In this document: piece by piece, positions 20,246 to 29,381 of the stretch
Position numbering within the stretch: the first letter of the stretch is position 1
Layout of the letters: every line of letters begins with the position of its first letter
DNA from: Sulfurimonas sp.
GTDB lineage: Bacteria; Campylobacterota; Campylobacteria; Campylobacterales; Sulfurimonadaceae
Direction: 5' to 3'
Assembly (NCBI RefSeq): GCF_034005705.1
Contig: NZ_JAVEUF010000005.1
Span: 58,469 to 122,468 of the forward strand
DNA length: 64,000 nt
Notes under the pieces: generated by a model
What the model was told of the DNA's origin: nothing
Databases searched by the model: none
The model's input: the letters and a program-made list of their open reading frames with translations, nothing else
Position numbers and translations under genes: made by a program

Positions 20246-20362
20246 CTTTTTCCCTTTAAATTTTTGGTTTGATTTTTTGGTTAAATATTTTTAGCATCCC
20301 TTTTGTTATGTTCTCATCGCTTGAAGCAACTTTTAGTGTTAAATGCAGATTTTTTATCCTCC
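20243..20362. repeat. 120-bp direct repeat, copy 2 (true 3' end of the LLM gene)
   Basis: Matches 16884-17003. Confidence 0.95.
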
Positions 20363-21224
20363 CTTTTATATTTAAGATATGTTCAATACAATCATCTACG
20401 CTACCGACAATAGCAGCTTCCATAAAAGTTTTTGCATCAAAAAAAGCGTATCTTTGAGCTAAAAGTTCATCATAATTTGCTTTGTTAAATTTTGGTTGTG
20501 CTCCTTTGGCTTTTACGGCTCTCATGGACTTTACAAAGTGGTCGGTTGCCGGCAATGCTATCTCTTTTGCTTCTTCTTTTGTGTCTGCTACTGCAAACAC
20601 TCTCATAAGCACTGTTTGCGGGTAAAACCCTGCTATATTTTTATAACTCTCTTGCGCTTCTTCACAAGCACCCAGCGTTGCCCCTTGAGAAAACATTAGC
20701 CCATAACCGTTGTGTGCAGCAAATATGATTGTCTCTTTCGTCGCAAAAGTTGCTATAAAAGTTGGGATTTTTTCTTGAAGCGGTTTTGGTTGAAACTGCT
20801 CATCTTTGTAGAGTTTTTGCTCTATATCTTTTACATTTACATAAAGTTCATCTCTAAGAGTGTCGGAGTTTTTGTTAAAGTACTCCAAATCAAGAGCAAA
20901 CCCGCCTTTGGCAAACCCTGCATTAATGCGTCCACTCGATAGATTGTCAAGTGTTGCTATCTCCTCTGCCAATCTTGTAGTGTTATAAAACGGTGTCAAA
21001 AATGCAGCCGTCCCGATACGGATGCTCTTAGTTTTTGCTGCCAAATAAGCCATCATAAGAGATGGATTGGGGATAACGCTAAAAGAGTTAAAGTGATGTT
21101 CGGCAAACCACACTTCATCAAAACCTAACTCTTCAGCAAGAACACCCAGCTCAACATCATTTAAGATGGTGTTATGGGCATCGTCGTGAAAGTTTTCGGT
21201 AAGTAAAAAAATACCGAGTTTCAT
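20256..21224 (-). CDS. Luciferase-like (LLM) flavin-dependent oxidoreductase
   Basis: MKLGIF, AEELGFDEVWFAEHHF, RLAEEIATLDNLSSGR; start reassigned to ATG 21224. Confidence 0.92.
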   Translation of the reverse strand: MKLGIFLLTENFHDDAHNTILNDVELGVLAEELGFDEVWFAEHHFNSFSVIPNPSLMMAYLAAKTKSIRIGTAAFLTPFYNTTRLAEEIATLDNLSSGRINAGFAKGGFALDLEYFNKNSDTLRDELYVNVKDIEQKLYKDEQFQPKPLQEKIPTFIATFATKETIIFAAHNGYGLMFSQGATLGACEEAQESYKNIAGFYPQTVLMRVFAVADTKEEAKEIALPATDHFVKSMRAVKAKGAQPKFNKANYDELLAQRYAFFDAKTFMEAAIVGSVDDCIEHILNIKGRIKNLHLTLKVASSDENITKGMLKIFNQKIKPKI

Positions 21225-21237
21225 GCCATCTTGATTG

Positions 21238-23235
21238 TTAAAACTTAAATTCATAAGATGCTCCTATGACTCTTCCCTGATTTTCAAATCCAAATATAGT
21301 TACATAGTTATCATCCGTAAGATTTCTACTATATATACTTAACTTGGCATCGTTTCCGAGCAGTTTATGGTTATAGTCCAAAGAGAGATTTATAGAGATA
21401 AAATCCCCTATATCATGATACTTTTTGTCAATCGTAAAAAAGTTTGATTCATAAGCGCTTAGATATTTACCGGAAAAGTTTAGAGCATAGTCCCCGATTT
21501 TCTTCTGCAAAATTGCCGATACGGTGTGTTTTGGTATTTCGTTGTTTTTTACATCTGCCGTGGCATAGGCATAACTAAAGGAGTAATAAAGTTCTTTATC
21601 CGTGCCCTCAAAACCTAGTTCACCGCCGTATCTTTTTTGGTCTATTTGATTAAAAACTATATACGGATCCGTATTTGTTCCCAGATAAATAGGCGATTTG
21701 ATATTTTTATTGTCGTATAAAAATAGATTTAAAGTAGGATTGAAATATTCGTTTATTCTTTTTTTAAGTCCCGCCTCATATCTATAGCTTTCTTCGTCTT
21801 TCATATCCGAACCGTCGGCACTCAAAGCGTCGTCGGGAGTCCCGGAAGTTAAATACGCAAATCTTGCACTCCCCTCTAAGTTGTCGTCGAACTTATAAAT
21901 TGCCCCCAGAGATAAAGCTATAGATGATTTTGCCCATTGATCTTCTATAATTGAGAGTTCCGCATTATTTAGTTTTGTGACATTTCCTGCCAATACAGAG
22001 TTTGGATCATACCTCTCTATAGAAGAATCTATATGTTTTCTATCAACTCTAAAAGACTCGTCAATAGTGAGTCTGTTATTGTCAAATGAGTGTGAAGCAT
22101 GTATAAAAGTGCCGTAGATTTGCTCTTTTCTCTCATACCCTTCATAAAACAGCTCTCCGTCGGGAGCATTATAGAACATTGCCTGCACACCGACTTTTAC
22201 TAAAGTATTGTTTAATTTAATAGCATGTCGTAAATCTATGGAGTCGGTGCTTTGTTCCCCTTTAAAGTAGTATGGAGGTAGTTGTGAGGGGTTTGTTCTG
22301 TCATAATCTTGACTCCATGTCGTTTTTGTATGTGAAAGCTGTAAGGTTGTCTTATTGTTTTGGTTAAAATCTTTCTCAAGTATGGCAGAAATAAACTCAT
22401 TTTCCATAGGCTCGTATTTCCACTCGGAAGAGGTGACTTTGCTAAGTGGGTCGGTCGCTTTTTGTGTTTCTTTATCCGCATTGGAATAGTATGCACTTAT
22501 TGTTGCACTAAAGCCCTCATCTATATAACCGCTTCTGACAAATACGCTGCCTCTCTCCTGGGCGGTATTGAAATTGTCTCTTCCATCGGTAAAATAACCA
22601 CTTAAACTTGCCAGATAAAATATCTTATCGTTTATGCCTCCATAGCTTATATCTGCGATTTTCGTGTTGAAGCTCTCATAAGCAAATTTTGCCGAACCGC
22701 CGTCTCTTTTTGGAAGCTTTGTTTTTATAACGATATATCCCAAAGTCGGGGAGCCGTTTGGAGTTCCAAATCCTGCAATTGGTCCAAGGGTAAGCGCACT
22801 CGCATCCCTGATGACCTCAATAGACTCTATAACATCCATACTTAAAGATTCCATCATTCTTAGCGATGACATAGGAGCTAGAAGAGCGCCGTCTAGTATT
22901 ACGCCAAATGCCGCGGCACTATAGATGTTGGGGCTGCCTCTAAAGGTTATGATAGCCGAGTTTTTTCGCCCTTGAAACTGAATATTCGCACCGGCGGTCA
23001 TATTGATGGCTTCAAATACATTTTTAGGGTTTGCTATCTTTATCTCTTCCTCGGTAAGCTTGTCTATCGTAAGCTTTGAAGTTTCAGGAGCACTGAATGC
23101 TTCATTTTGCATAGGTGCTTTTAGGCTGCCTTCTTGTGTAACCTCTACTTTTTTCAAACCGTAGCTCTCGTTTGCAAAAGCATACATGTTCACATTTGCT
23201 ATTAAAGCCAAGCTTAAAGCTATTCTTTTATTCAT
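21238..23235 (-). CDS. TonB-dependent outer-membrane receptor
   Basis: Signal peptide, plug (ITFRG...ILDG...IESIEVIRD), NLTDDNY, C-terminal EFKF. Confidence 0.93.
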   Translation of the reverse strand: MNKRIALSLALIANVNMYAFANESYGLKKVEVTQEGSLKAPMQNEAFSAPETSKLTIDKLTEEEIKIANPKNVFEAINMTAGANIQFQGRKNSAIITFRGSPNIYSAAAFGVILDGALLAPMSSLRMMESLSMDVIESIEVIRDASALTLGPIAGFGTPNGSPTLGYIVIKTKLPKRDGGSAKFAYESFNTKIADISYGGINDKIFYLASLSGYFTDGRDNFNTAQERGSVFVRSGYIDEGFSATISAYYSNADKETQKATDPLSKVTSSEWKYEPMENEFISAILEKDFNQNNKTTLQLSHTKTTWSQDYDRTNPSQLPPYYFKGEQSTDSIDLRHAIKLNNTLVKVGVQAMFYNAPDGELFYEGYERKEQIYGTFIHASHSFDNNRLTIDESFRVDRKHIDSSIERYDPNSVLAGNVTKLNNAELSIIEDQWAKSSIALSLGAIYKFDDNLEGSARFAYLTSGTPDDALSADGSDMKDEESYRYEAGLKKRINEYFNPTLNLFLYDNKNIKSPIYLGTNTDPYIVFNQIDQKRYGGELGFEGTDKELYYSFSYAYATADVKNNEIPKHTVSAILQKKIGDYALNFSGKYLSAYESNFFTIDKKYHDIGDFISINLSLDYNHKLLGNDAKLSIYSRNLTDDNYVTIFGFENQGRVIGASYEFKF

Positions 23236-23245
23236 TTTATCTTCC

Positions 23246-23896
23246 TTATTTTGTTATAAAAACCCACCAGCCGCTCTCATCGTCGATTATGGTGTGTGAC
23301 GCTGGATTTAGTTTTTCCATTATCTGCGGCAGTGCTTCTCGCTCTGCTTTGATTCTATCTTTGAATGAGTCTCTCCAGTCAGGTTTTTCTTTACTCATGT
23401 GAGCGGTTATCTGCTCTTTTAGCTCTTTTGTACCAAATCCGCCGCCTATATAAGCATGTCCTCCTACTTTTAAAACCCTCAATATTTCGCTGTACGCTCT
23501 ATGCCAATCATCCCAAAACGGCGATGAACCACGGCTTATTATCAAGTCCATACTCTCGTCTAATAAATCTATATTATGGATATCCCCTTCCAGAAAAGAG
23601 CACTCCTTTATGCCTTCTTGCGAGGCGTATTTTGCGGCAAATCTCAGCATCCCTATCGATTGATCAAGAAAAGTCACATGCAAATCCGTAATAGCGGCTA
23701 TCGCACGCCCAAGTGCTCCCGTACCGCACCCTGCATCTAGACATCTGCCTGATGTCGTGAGTGTTTTTGCTACTATTTGCTGTGCAATAACAGGGTAAAT
23801 CGGTGCAAACACTTCACGCACTATGCGGTCAAAACCTTGAGGATTTGTTCCGCCCTTATGCTCTTTTGTTTCTCTGTTCTTATCTTTATCTATCAC
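23246..23896 (-). CDS. Class I SAM-dependent methyltransferase
   Basis: LDAGCGTG, GDIHNI, RVLKVGG; GTG start behind AAGGAG. Confidence 0.92.
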   Translation of the reverse strand: MIDKDKNRETKEHKGGTNPQGFDRIVREVFAPIYPVIAQQIVAKTLTTSGRCLDAGCGTGALGRAIAAITDLHVTFLDQSIGMLRFAAKYASQEGIKECSFLEGDIHNIDLLDESMDLIISRGSSPFWDDWHRAYSEILRVLKVGGHAYIGGGFGTKELKEQITAHMSKEKPDWRDSFKDRIKAEREALPQIMEKLNPASHTIIDDESGWWVFITK

Positions 23897-23905
23897 TTTA
23901 ACTCC

Positions 23906-23933
23906 TTTGCTATATAATTTTTCACATAACGCT
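23906..23933. promoter_or_regulatory. Putative ModE operator
   Basis: tttGCTATAT-N8-ACATAACGcT fits the ATCGNTATAT-N8-ATATANCGAT ModE palindrome; abuts the methyltransferase RBS. Confidence 0.75.
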
Positions 23934-23949
23934 ATATAAAAATATACCT

Positions 23950-25158
23950 TTATGCCCAGTCTAAAAGTCGTCTCTCACCTTCGATTTTCTTTATATCCGT
24001 GATATCTTGGGTTATTTCGACTACGCCTTTGTACTTTTTCTCTTTGTCTCTAAGTGCAAAATAGCGGATGTGAATGAGCCGCTCATTAAAAGTAATCCAA
24101 AACTCCGCGCTATCTTTGCTTCCGTTTTTAAACGCTTCTAGTATAGTTAGTACCGTATCTACGCTTTTTGGAGGATGGCAAAATTTCACCTCTCTGCCTA
24201 TGATACTTGGGCTTCTTGGAAAAGTCCTCTCCGAGCCTTTGTTAAAAAAAACAACGCGGTCATTCTCATCGACAAAAGTAATATCAAAAGGCAGATGAGA
24301 GAAAAACAGATTGAGTTGTGTTTGCGAGAGAGAACCTGTTTGCAGCAATAGTTTATCAAGTGTTGTATTTTGTATATCTTCGTCGCTTGATTGTGGCCAC
24401 ATCGGCGGATTTTCTATAAATACATACCCTATCTCATCTTTTGATTCTTCCTCTTCTTTGCGAATTTTGATCCACTCTTCTTGTGAAAGAAGCTTCACGG
24501 AAGTAGGCAAAAGCATCTTCTCTTCTCTTGTGGTCATGTCAAAAATATCTTTTACTGTCTCCTTCATAAGCTTTGATGTCTCATCATCTAATGTGTGTGT
24601 CTCAACCGCTTTTGTTACAGTTTTGAGATTTGCTCTCATCTCATCATGAAATTTCCACATACCCGTACTTGGATAGGTAAAATTGTGTTTTTCAAGATAA
24701 GGAAAAAGCTGATCCTCTTTTCTCAAATAGTGAATATGGATTTTTGACAACTCATGAAGCATCTCCAATGTCGGTTGATAAGTTTGCAGCTTTGTTACAT
24801 CAAAAATATTTTCTATTTTCATGCAGATTTCTCGAATCACGATATTTTCATCAAGATAGTTGGTAACGGGGTGTCCTTTGGGAAATTTCAAAGGGTCGGA
24901 TTTGACTCTGTTTTTGATTACATCAAGAAAAAAATCTCTTCTTTGTTGAGATTTTGCTTTATTGGGATTTGCTTTATGCGGACCGTCTTCATCAAATACT
25001 CTTTGATTGGCTTTAAAGAAGTGTTCGATATTTATCTCTCCCATCTCTTTAAGCCATGCTTCTCTCTCGGCTTGGCTCATATCATCAAAAGATCTGTTAA
25101 ATTTCATAATCTTTTCTATCCTCGTTTGCTCTTCGTTCTTCATTAAAAATTCACTCAT
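23950..25158 (-). CDS. DUF438-type hemerythrin-like + PAS domain protein
   Basis: GHPV..YLDEN, HYLRKEDQLFPYLE, MWKFHDE, REEKML; C-terminal PAS (FVDENDRVVFFN, CHPPKS, VVEITQDIT). Confidence 0.88.
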   Translation of the reverse strand: MSEFLMKNEEQTRIEKIMKFNRSFDDMSQAEREAWLKEMGEINIEHFFKANQRVFDEDGPHKANPNKAKSQQRRDFFLDVIKNRVKSDPLKFPKGHPVTNYLDENIVIREICMKIENIFDVTKLQTYQPTLEMLHELSKIHIHYLRKEDQLFPYLEKHNFTYPSTGMWKFHDEMRANLKTVTKAVETHTLDDETSKLMKETVKDIFDMTTREEKMLLPTSVKLLSQEEWIKIRKEEEESKDEIGYVFIENPPMWPQSSDEDIQNTTLDKLLLQTGSLSQTQLNLFFSHLPFDITFVDENDRVVFFNKGSERTFPRSPSIIGREVKFCHPPKSVDTVLTILEAFKNGSKDSAEFWITFNERLIHIRYFALRDKEKKYKGVVEITQDITDIKKIEGERRLLDWA

Positions 25159-25171
25159 TGCTTTCTTCCTT

Positions 25172-25909
25172 TTATTTTAAATTAAATGCGACAGGCAATA
25201 CTATCGACATGTTGTTTTGTGGAGGAGCATCAAACGGAGATACGCTTAAAATGGTATCTATGGCTTGTCTGTCCAAACTTTTGTGTCCGCTTGAGTTTTT
25301 TATCCGAATGGATGACTCTCTTACGCTTCCGTCATCTAAAATCTCAAACGCCACGATACTCTCTCCCTCTAGCTTAAGGCGTTTTGCAAGAGGCGGGTAT
25401 CTTAGATTTTCTTGGATTTTTATTCTGATTTTAGATAGATACAGCGCTAGCTCATCTTCACTCTTTTTAGACTTCATCTCTTGTTTTTCTCTTTTTTCTT
25501 GAGCTACAAGAGTCTCTTTTACCTCTGTGTTTATCTCGTTTTTAACAATTTTTGGAGCCTCTTTATAGAGAAGAGGTTCTTTTTCAACGATAGGTTCTTG
25601 TTTGATTATCGGTTTTTCTTTAACGAAAAGTTTTGGCTCTATTTTTGGTTCTTTTTTAATGATAGGCTTCGGTTTGATAATCGGTTTTTCTTTGATAACA
25701 GGTTTTGGCTTGATTATCGGTTTTGGTTCTTTTTTTGGTTTTACCTCCTCTTTTTTTTCAATCTCCACTTTGTCTATCAGTGATATCTCCACGGCTTTTT
25801 GACTAACGATTTGCGGCTGATTTACGGTACTAAGAGAGTAAAATATCGAAGCGTGCAAAATCGTAGTTGAAGCTATGGAGATAAGAGTTCTTTGCCAAAA
25901 ACTGTTCAT
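25172..25909 (-). CDS. tonB: Energy transducer TonB
   Basis: TM helix with S-x3-H, Pro/Lys-rich linker, YPPLAKRL..EG, SSGHKSLD. Confidence 0.93.
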   Translation of the reverse strand: MNSFWQRTLISIASTTILHASIFYSLSTVNQPQIVSQKAVEISLIDKVEIEKKEEVKPKKEPKPIIKPKPVIKEKPIIKPKPIIKKEPKIEPKLFVKEKPIIKQEPIVEKEPLLYKEAPKIVKNEINTEVKETLVAQEKREKQEMKSKKSEDELALYLSKIRIKIQENLRYPPLAKRLKLEGESIVAFEILDDGSVRESSIRIKNSSGHKSLDRQAIDTILSVSPFDAPPQNNMSIVLPVAFNLK

Positions 25910-26322
25910 CTGTTTTGCTCTTGTGTTTGGATTGAGAACTTTGAGATATTGTTTTGTTTACATGTATCGATAACTTTTACTACATGTTCAAACTCTGTTT
26001 TTGCGTCGCTGCGAAGAATAACACCGGTTTTTGAAGCAATATCGCTACTTCCCTGCAAAGCGGTACTTAGATTTTTTATCTCAATCTTTTTGTCGTTAAA
26101 ATAAAGAGCTCCCTCTTTATCGATAGTGATTATTATCGGCTTTGCGGGTTTTGACACCTCTTTGTGCTGCGTGGCTTTTGGAAGAGATATGGCTATTTTG
26201 CCCTGTGCGACAAAGGTTGCAGTAGCCATAAAGATAACTAAAACTACAAGAACTATATCCACAAAAGGGGTCATGTTTATCTCTGATATTTCGTTATCTT
26301 CGTAAGCGTTAGAGGTTTTCAT
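25906..26322 (-). CDS. exbD: Biopolymer transporter ExbD
   Basis: EINMTPFVDIVLVVLVIFM motif. Confidence 0.93.
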   Translation of the reverse strand: MKTSNAYEDNEISEINMTPFVDIVLVVLVIFMATATFVAQGKIAISLPKATQHKEVSKPAKPIIITIDKEGALYFNDKKIEIKNLSTALQGSSDIASKTGVILRSDAKTEFEHVVKVIDTCKQNNISKFSIQTQEQNR

Positions 26323-26768
26323 CTCTCGTTTGCCTCCATCTCAAGGAGCATCATCTTTATTTTTCTTACAAAATAGTTATAGGCAATAACGCTGGGAATC
26401 GCTACAAAAAGCCCCACGGCTGTTGCAACTAAAGCTTCGGAAATACCTCCCATAACAGCGTTTACTCCAAATTCGCTTCCCTCTTTTGAGAGTGAATGAA
26501 AAGCGTTGATTATCCCGAGAACGGTTCCAAAAAGTCCGATAAAAGGAGCGTTGTTCCCAAATGTGGCAAGGATACCCAGCCTTTTTTCAAGCAACACTCT
26601 TAACTCTGCTTGGTTTAGATTTTTTAAAGAGTTTTTTACATGTATAAACGCAAGCACCCTCTCCACAATCACTCCAAAAGAGATAACGCTCATAGCTATA
26701 AGCACCCACAACACAGGCTCAACCCCGATGATGGCGACTCCTAAAAGTTTTTCTATTAACATTTTCAA
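26319..26768 (-). CDS. exbB: Biopolymer transporter ExbB (short form)
   Basis: APFIGLFGTVLGII and GISEALVATAVGLFVAIP motifs. Confidence 0.93.
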   Translation of the reverse strand: MKMLIEKLLGVAIIGVEPVLWVLIAMSVISFGVIVERVLAFIHVKNSLKNLNQAELRVLLEKRLGILATFGNNAPFIGLFGTVLGIINAFHSLSKEGSEFGVNAVMGGISEALVATAVGLFVAIPSVIAYNYFVRKIKMMLLEMEANER

Positions 26769-27745
26769 TTCTCCTTTAGCTGAGGAAAAAAGAGTGCTTC
26801 AAACTCTTTTTTCTCCTCTTCAAATGGTTTTTCTAAAAGCGATGGATAAAAAGAGTCAATCAGCCATCTGATACCTAGAAGTCTCATAAAAGAGGGCGGT
26901 CTTGAGATGTAGTTAAAAGGAGTTGCGGGAACGGTAAAAACTTTACCCTCTTTAACGGCTCTTAGATTTCTCCATTGCGGATTTTGCATTAGCGTATCGG
27001 TAAATGTTTTTTCCATGGCAACTATAACATCGGGATTGCTTAAGATAACGCTCTCCATGCTTATCTTCTCCATCCCGTAATTAGAACTCATGCGGCAATC
27101 AAGCGCATTATTTGCACCTGCATATTTAAACGGCTCTAAATGAAATGAGCCTTCACATTCGCTGGATAACCCGTCTAACCCCTGTGCGAAGTAGTAACGC
27201 ACCTCTTTTTGCTTGGATAGTTCTTTTTTGAGTGATTCTATAAGAGAGAGGTTTTTCTTTGTATAAGCTATTAGTTCATCCGCTCTTGTGGTGTCGCCTG
27301 TGAGTTTTGCAAAGAGTTCAAACTGGGTGATGATGCTGTATATCGACTCGTTTTCAACCAATAAAACGGGTATGCCTAATTTTTGAAATTTGTTCAAAAC
27401 TTTCTCGTATCCTCTCATTCTAGCCCACATGATTATCACATCGGGTTTTATGCCTGCTAATATCTCAAAGTTCGGAGTGTTTCCCTGCCCCATAAAACCG
27501 CCTATTACTGGCTTGTTGTATGCACTCGCTGCATACTTTTTTTGCGTCTCGTTAAACGGGGAATTAAGCCCCGCTACCAAATCAGGGTTAAATGCCAAAA
27601 GGCTCATGGTAAGCGGCGGCGAGGCGGCGTAGATTTTGGTAATATGCTCTGGAACTTCAACGACTCTGCCGTAATCGTCAGTAATAGTTCTTGCATTGAT
27701 GTTTACACTAAAGATAATTGCTAAAGCAAATAAAATATTTTTCAT
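26765..27745 (-). CDS. Periplasmic binding protein, class III
   Basis: ITDDYGRVVEVP, NFEILAGIKPD, PFNYISRPPSFMRLLG. Confidence 0.92.
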   Translation of the reverse strand: MKNILFALAIIFSVNINARTITDDYGRVVEVPEHITKIYAASPPLTMSLLAFNPDLVAGLNSPFNETQKKYAASAYNKPVIGGFMGQGNTPNFEILAGIKPDVIIMWARMRGYEKVLNKFQKLGIPVLLVENESIYSIITQFELFAKLTGDTTRADELIAYTKKNLSLIESLKKELSKQKEVRYYFAQGLDGLSSECEGSFHLEPFKYAGANNALDCRMSSNYGMEKISMESVILSNPDVIVAMEKTFTDTLMQNPQWRNLRAVKEGKVFTVPATPFNYISRPPSFMRLLGIRWLIDSFYPSLLEKPFEEEKKEFEALFFPQLKEN

Positions 27746-27756
27746 CTGTTTTTCCT

Positions 27757-27784
27757 TTTGTTATTTCATAATTGATATAACGGT
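27757..27784. promoter_or_regulatory. Putative ModE operator
   Basis: tttGTTATtT-N8-ATATAACGgT, abutting the RBS of the binding-protein gene. Confidence 0.72.
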
Positions 27785-27794
27785 ATATAAATTT

Positions 27795-28562
27795 TTACTT
27801 CTTCTTAAAAAGCTTGTATGCCGAGATTAAGAGTATTACCGCTAGAAGTATCTCTATGATTGAAGCATTTACCTCTCCAAAGAGCATAGCACCTATAAAA
27901 GCGCCGACTATCGAGCCTATAAACATAAATATTAAAACATCTCTAAAGTTTAAAATTTCTAAAAATCTACCATTTTTATGATATCTGTAAAGTCCTACTA
28001 AAAGGGTGGGAAGTGATATGGCAAGACTAAGCGTTCCTGCAGTTTTAATATCTACTCCGTATAAAAGCACAATAGTCGGAATAAGCAGTTCCCCTCCCGC
28101 TACGCCTAAAAGCGAACTGACTAAACCTATGCCTACTCCTGCAATCAAGCCAAGCACTGCTTGAGATAGCGTTTGAAGCGAAATAACATTTTTTATTTCT
28201 AAAAAGGTATGGCTAAATAGAACAAGACTTAAAAATATCAAAAGATAAAAGATGAGTGTATGCAGCGTTTCTTTATTTATTTTTGTAGCGTATGAAACAC
28301 CGATATAAGCACCAATGAGCGTTCCGCTAAGAAGATTTAGGACTATATCGGTGTGAGATACTATGTTTGCATCTACTCCTCTAAAGAGAAGCGCAAACAA
28401 AACCGTTACCAATGAAATAGAGAGATTGATAATTATGGCATGAAGAGTGTCTATTTTGAGTATTCCCACCAGAAAAGGCAGCCTGAATTCCGCTCCGCCA
28501 AGTCCTATTAATCCGCCCAATATACCGATAATGCTAGAGCCGAAAAAACTTTTTATTTTCAT
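27795..28562 (-). CDS. TauE/SafE-family (sulfite exporter-like) membrane protein
   Basis: GGLIGLGGAEFRLP and SSLLGVAGGELLIP repeats; about 8 TM helices. Confidence 0.88.
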   Translation of the reverse strand: MKIKSFFGSSIIGILGGLIGLGGAEFRLPFLVGILKIDTLHAIIINLSISLVTVLFALLFRGVDANIVSHTDIVLNLLSGTLIGAYIGVSYATKINKETLHTLIFYLLIFLSLVLFSHTFLEIKNVISLQTLSQAVLGLIAGVGIGLVSSLLGVAGGELLIPTIVLLYGVDIKTAGTLSLAISLPTLLVGLYRYHKNGRFLEILNFRDVLIFMFIGSIVGAFIGAMLFGEVNASIIEILLAVILLISAYKLFKKK

Positions 28563-29380
28563 CTATTCGTCTCCTTTATAGTCACTTTTATATCAAGAGG
28601 TTTTGCATGATAAGGCGATGAAGTGACTATAAAATCAACACCGCACGCTGCAAAATCGGCAATATTTTTCTCGTTTATCCCGCCCGTTGCAGAGAGTAAA
28701 AGATGAGGAAACTCATGTTTGAGTTTTACACATTTTTTAAGAAGTTCAAAATCCATCTTTTCGCATTGAAGTATGTCTGCACTCAGTGAAGCAAAGTATG
28801 AAGCCTGCTCAAAACTCTCAACTTCAACGGCAATTTTTCTCTCTATAAAATTGTGTTTTAGCTCTTTGAAACCTCGCTCCAATTCTGCCTTGTCGCTAAA
28901 AAAATTCAGATGCTGCTCAAAAATCAAAACAGAGTCGTAAAGCCCGAGACGATGAGGCGCACCGCCGCCGCACATGACGGCTTTTAGCATAAGCTCTTTA
29001 GCTCCGGGGAAGTTTTTTCTGGTTGTTGAGACACTAATGTTTGGGTTTATCGCTTTGGCACTCTTTACAAGCGTGTTCGTATATGTTGCGATACCGCTCA
29101 TATACTCAAAGATATTTTGAGAGATTTTCCATGCTTGATGAAGCGAAGCCGCATCTGATTTGCACTCCAAGATGGTCTCGTTTGCCATAACTCTATCGCC
29201 GTTTTTTTTAAAAAAAATGTGTTTTATGTCAAGCTTTTTTAAAATCTTTTCAACTTCATCCGCTCCGCAAAGCACTATCTCGTCTTTAGGCGCAAAACTC
29301 ATAACTCCTTTTTTATCCCCAATCCCTAGTCCATGTGTGGTTAAGTCAAAATAACCCATATCTTCAAACAGTAAATCCAT
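28559..29380 (-). CDS. modD: ModD protein (quinolinate phosphoribosyltransferase-like)
   Basis: ED...DLTT..LGI, SGIATYT, TTRKNFPG.K, GG..HRLGL.DSVLIF; start reassigned to ATG 29380 behind GAGG. Confidence 0.9.
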   Translation of the reverse strand: MDLLFEDMGYFDLTTHGLGIGDKKGVMSFAPKDEIVLCGADEVEKILKKLDIKHIFFKKNGDRVMANETILECKSDAASLHQAWKISQNIFEYMSGIATYTNTLVKSAKAINPNISVSTTRKNFPGAKELMLKAVMCGGGAPHRLGLYDSVLIFEQHLNFFSDKAELERGFKELKHNFIERKIAVEVESFEQASYFASLSADILQCEKMDFELLKKCVKLKHEFPHLLLSATGGINEKNIADFAACGVDFIVTSSPYHAKPLDIKVTIKETNR

Positions 29381-29381
29381 C

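Noticed and set aside
25560-25760. Imperfect ~18-nt tandem repeats
   Set aside because: They encode the normal Pro/Lys-rich TonB linker (KPKPII); not a CRISPR array or separate element
26319-26768. ExbB only 149 aa, possible truncation
   Set aside because: All TM motifs are intact and short ExbB proteins are usual in Campylobacterota
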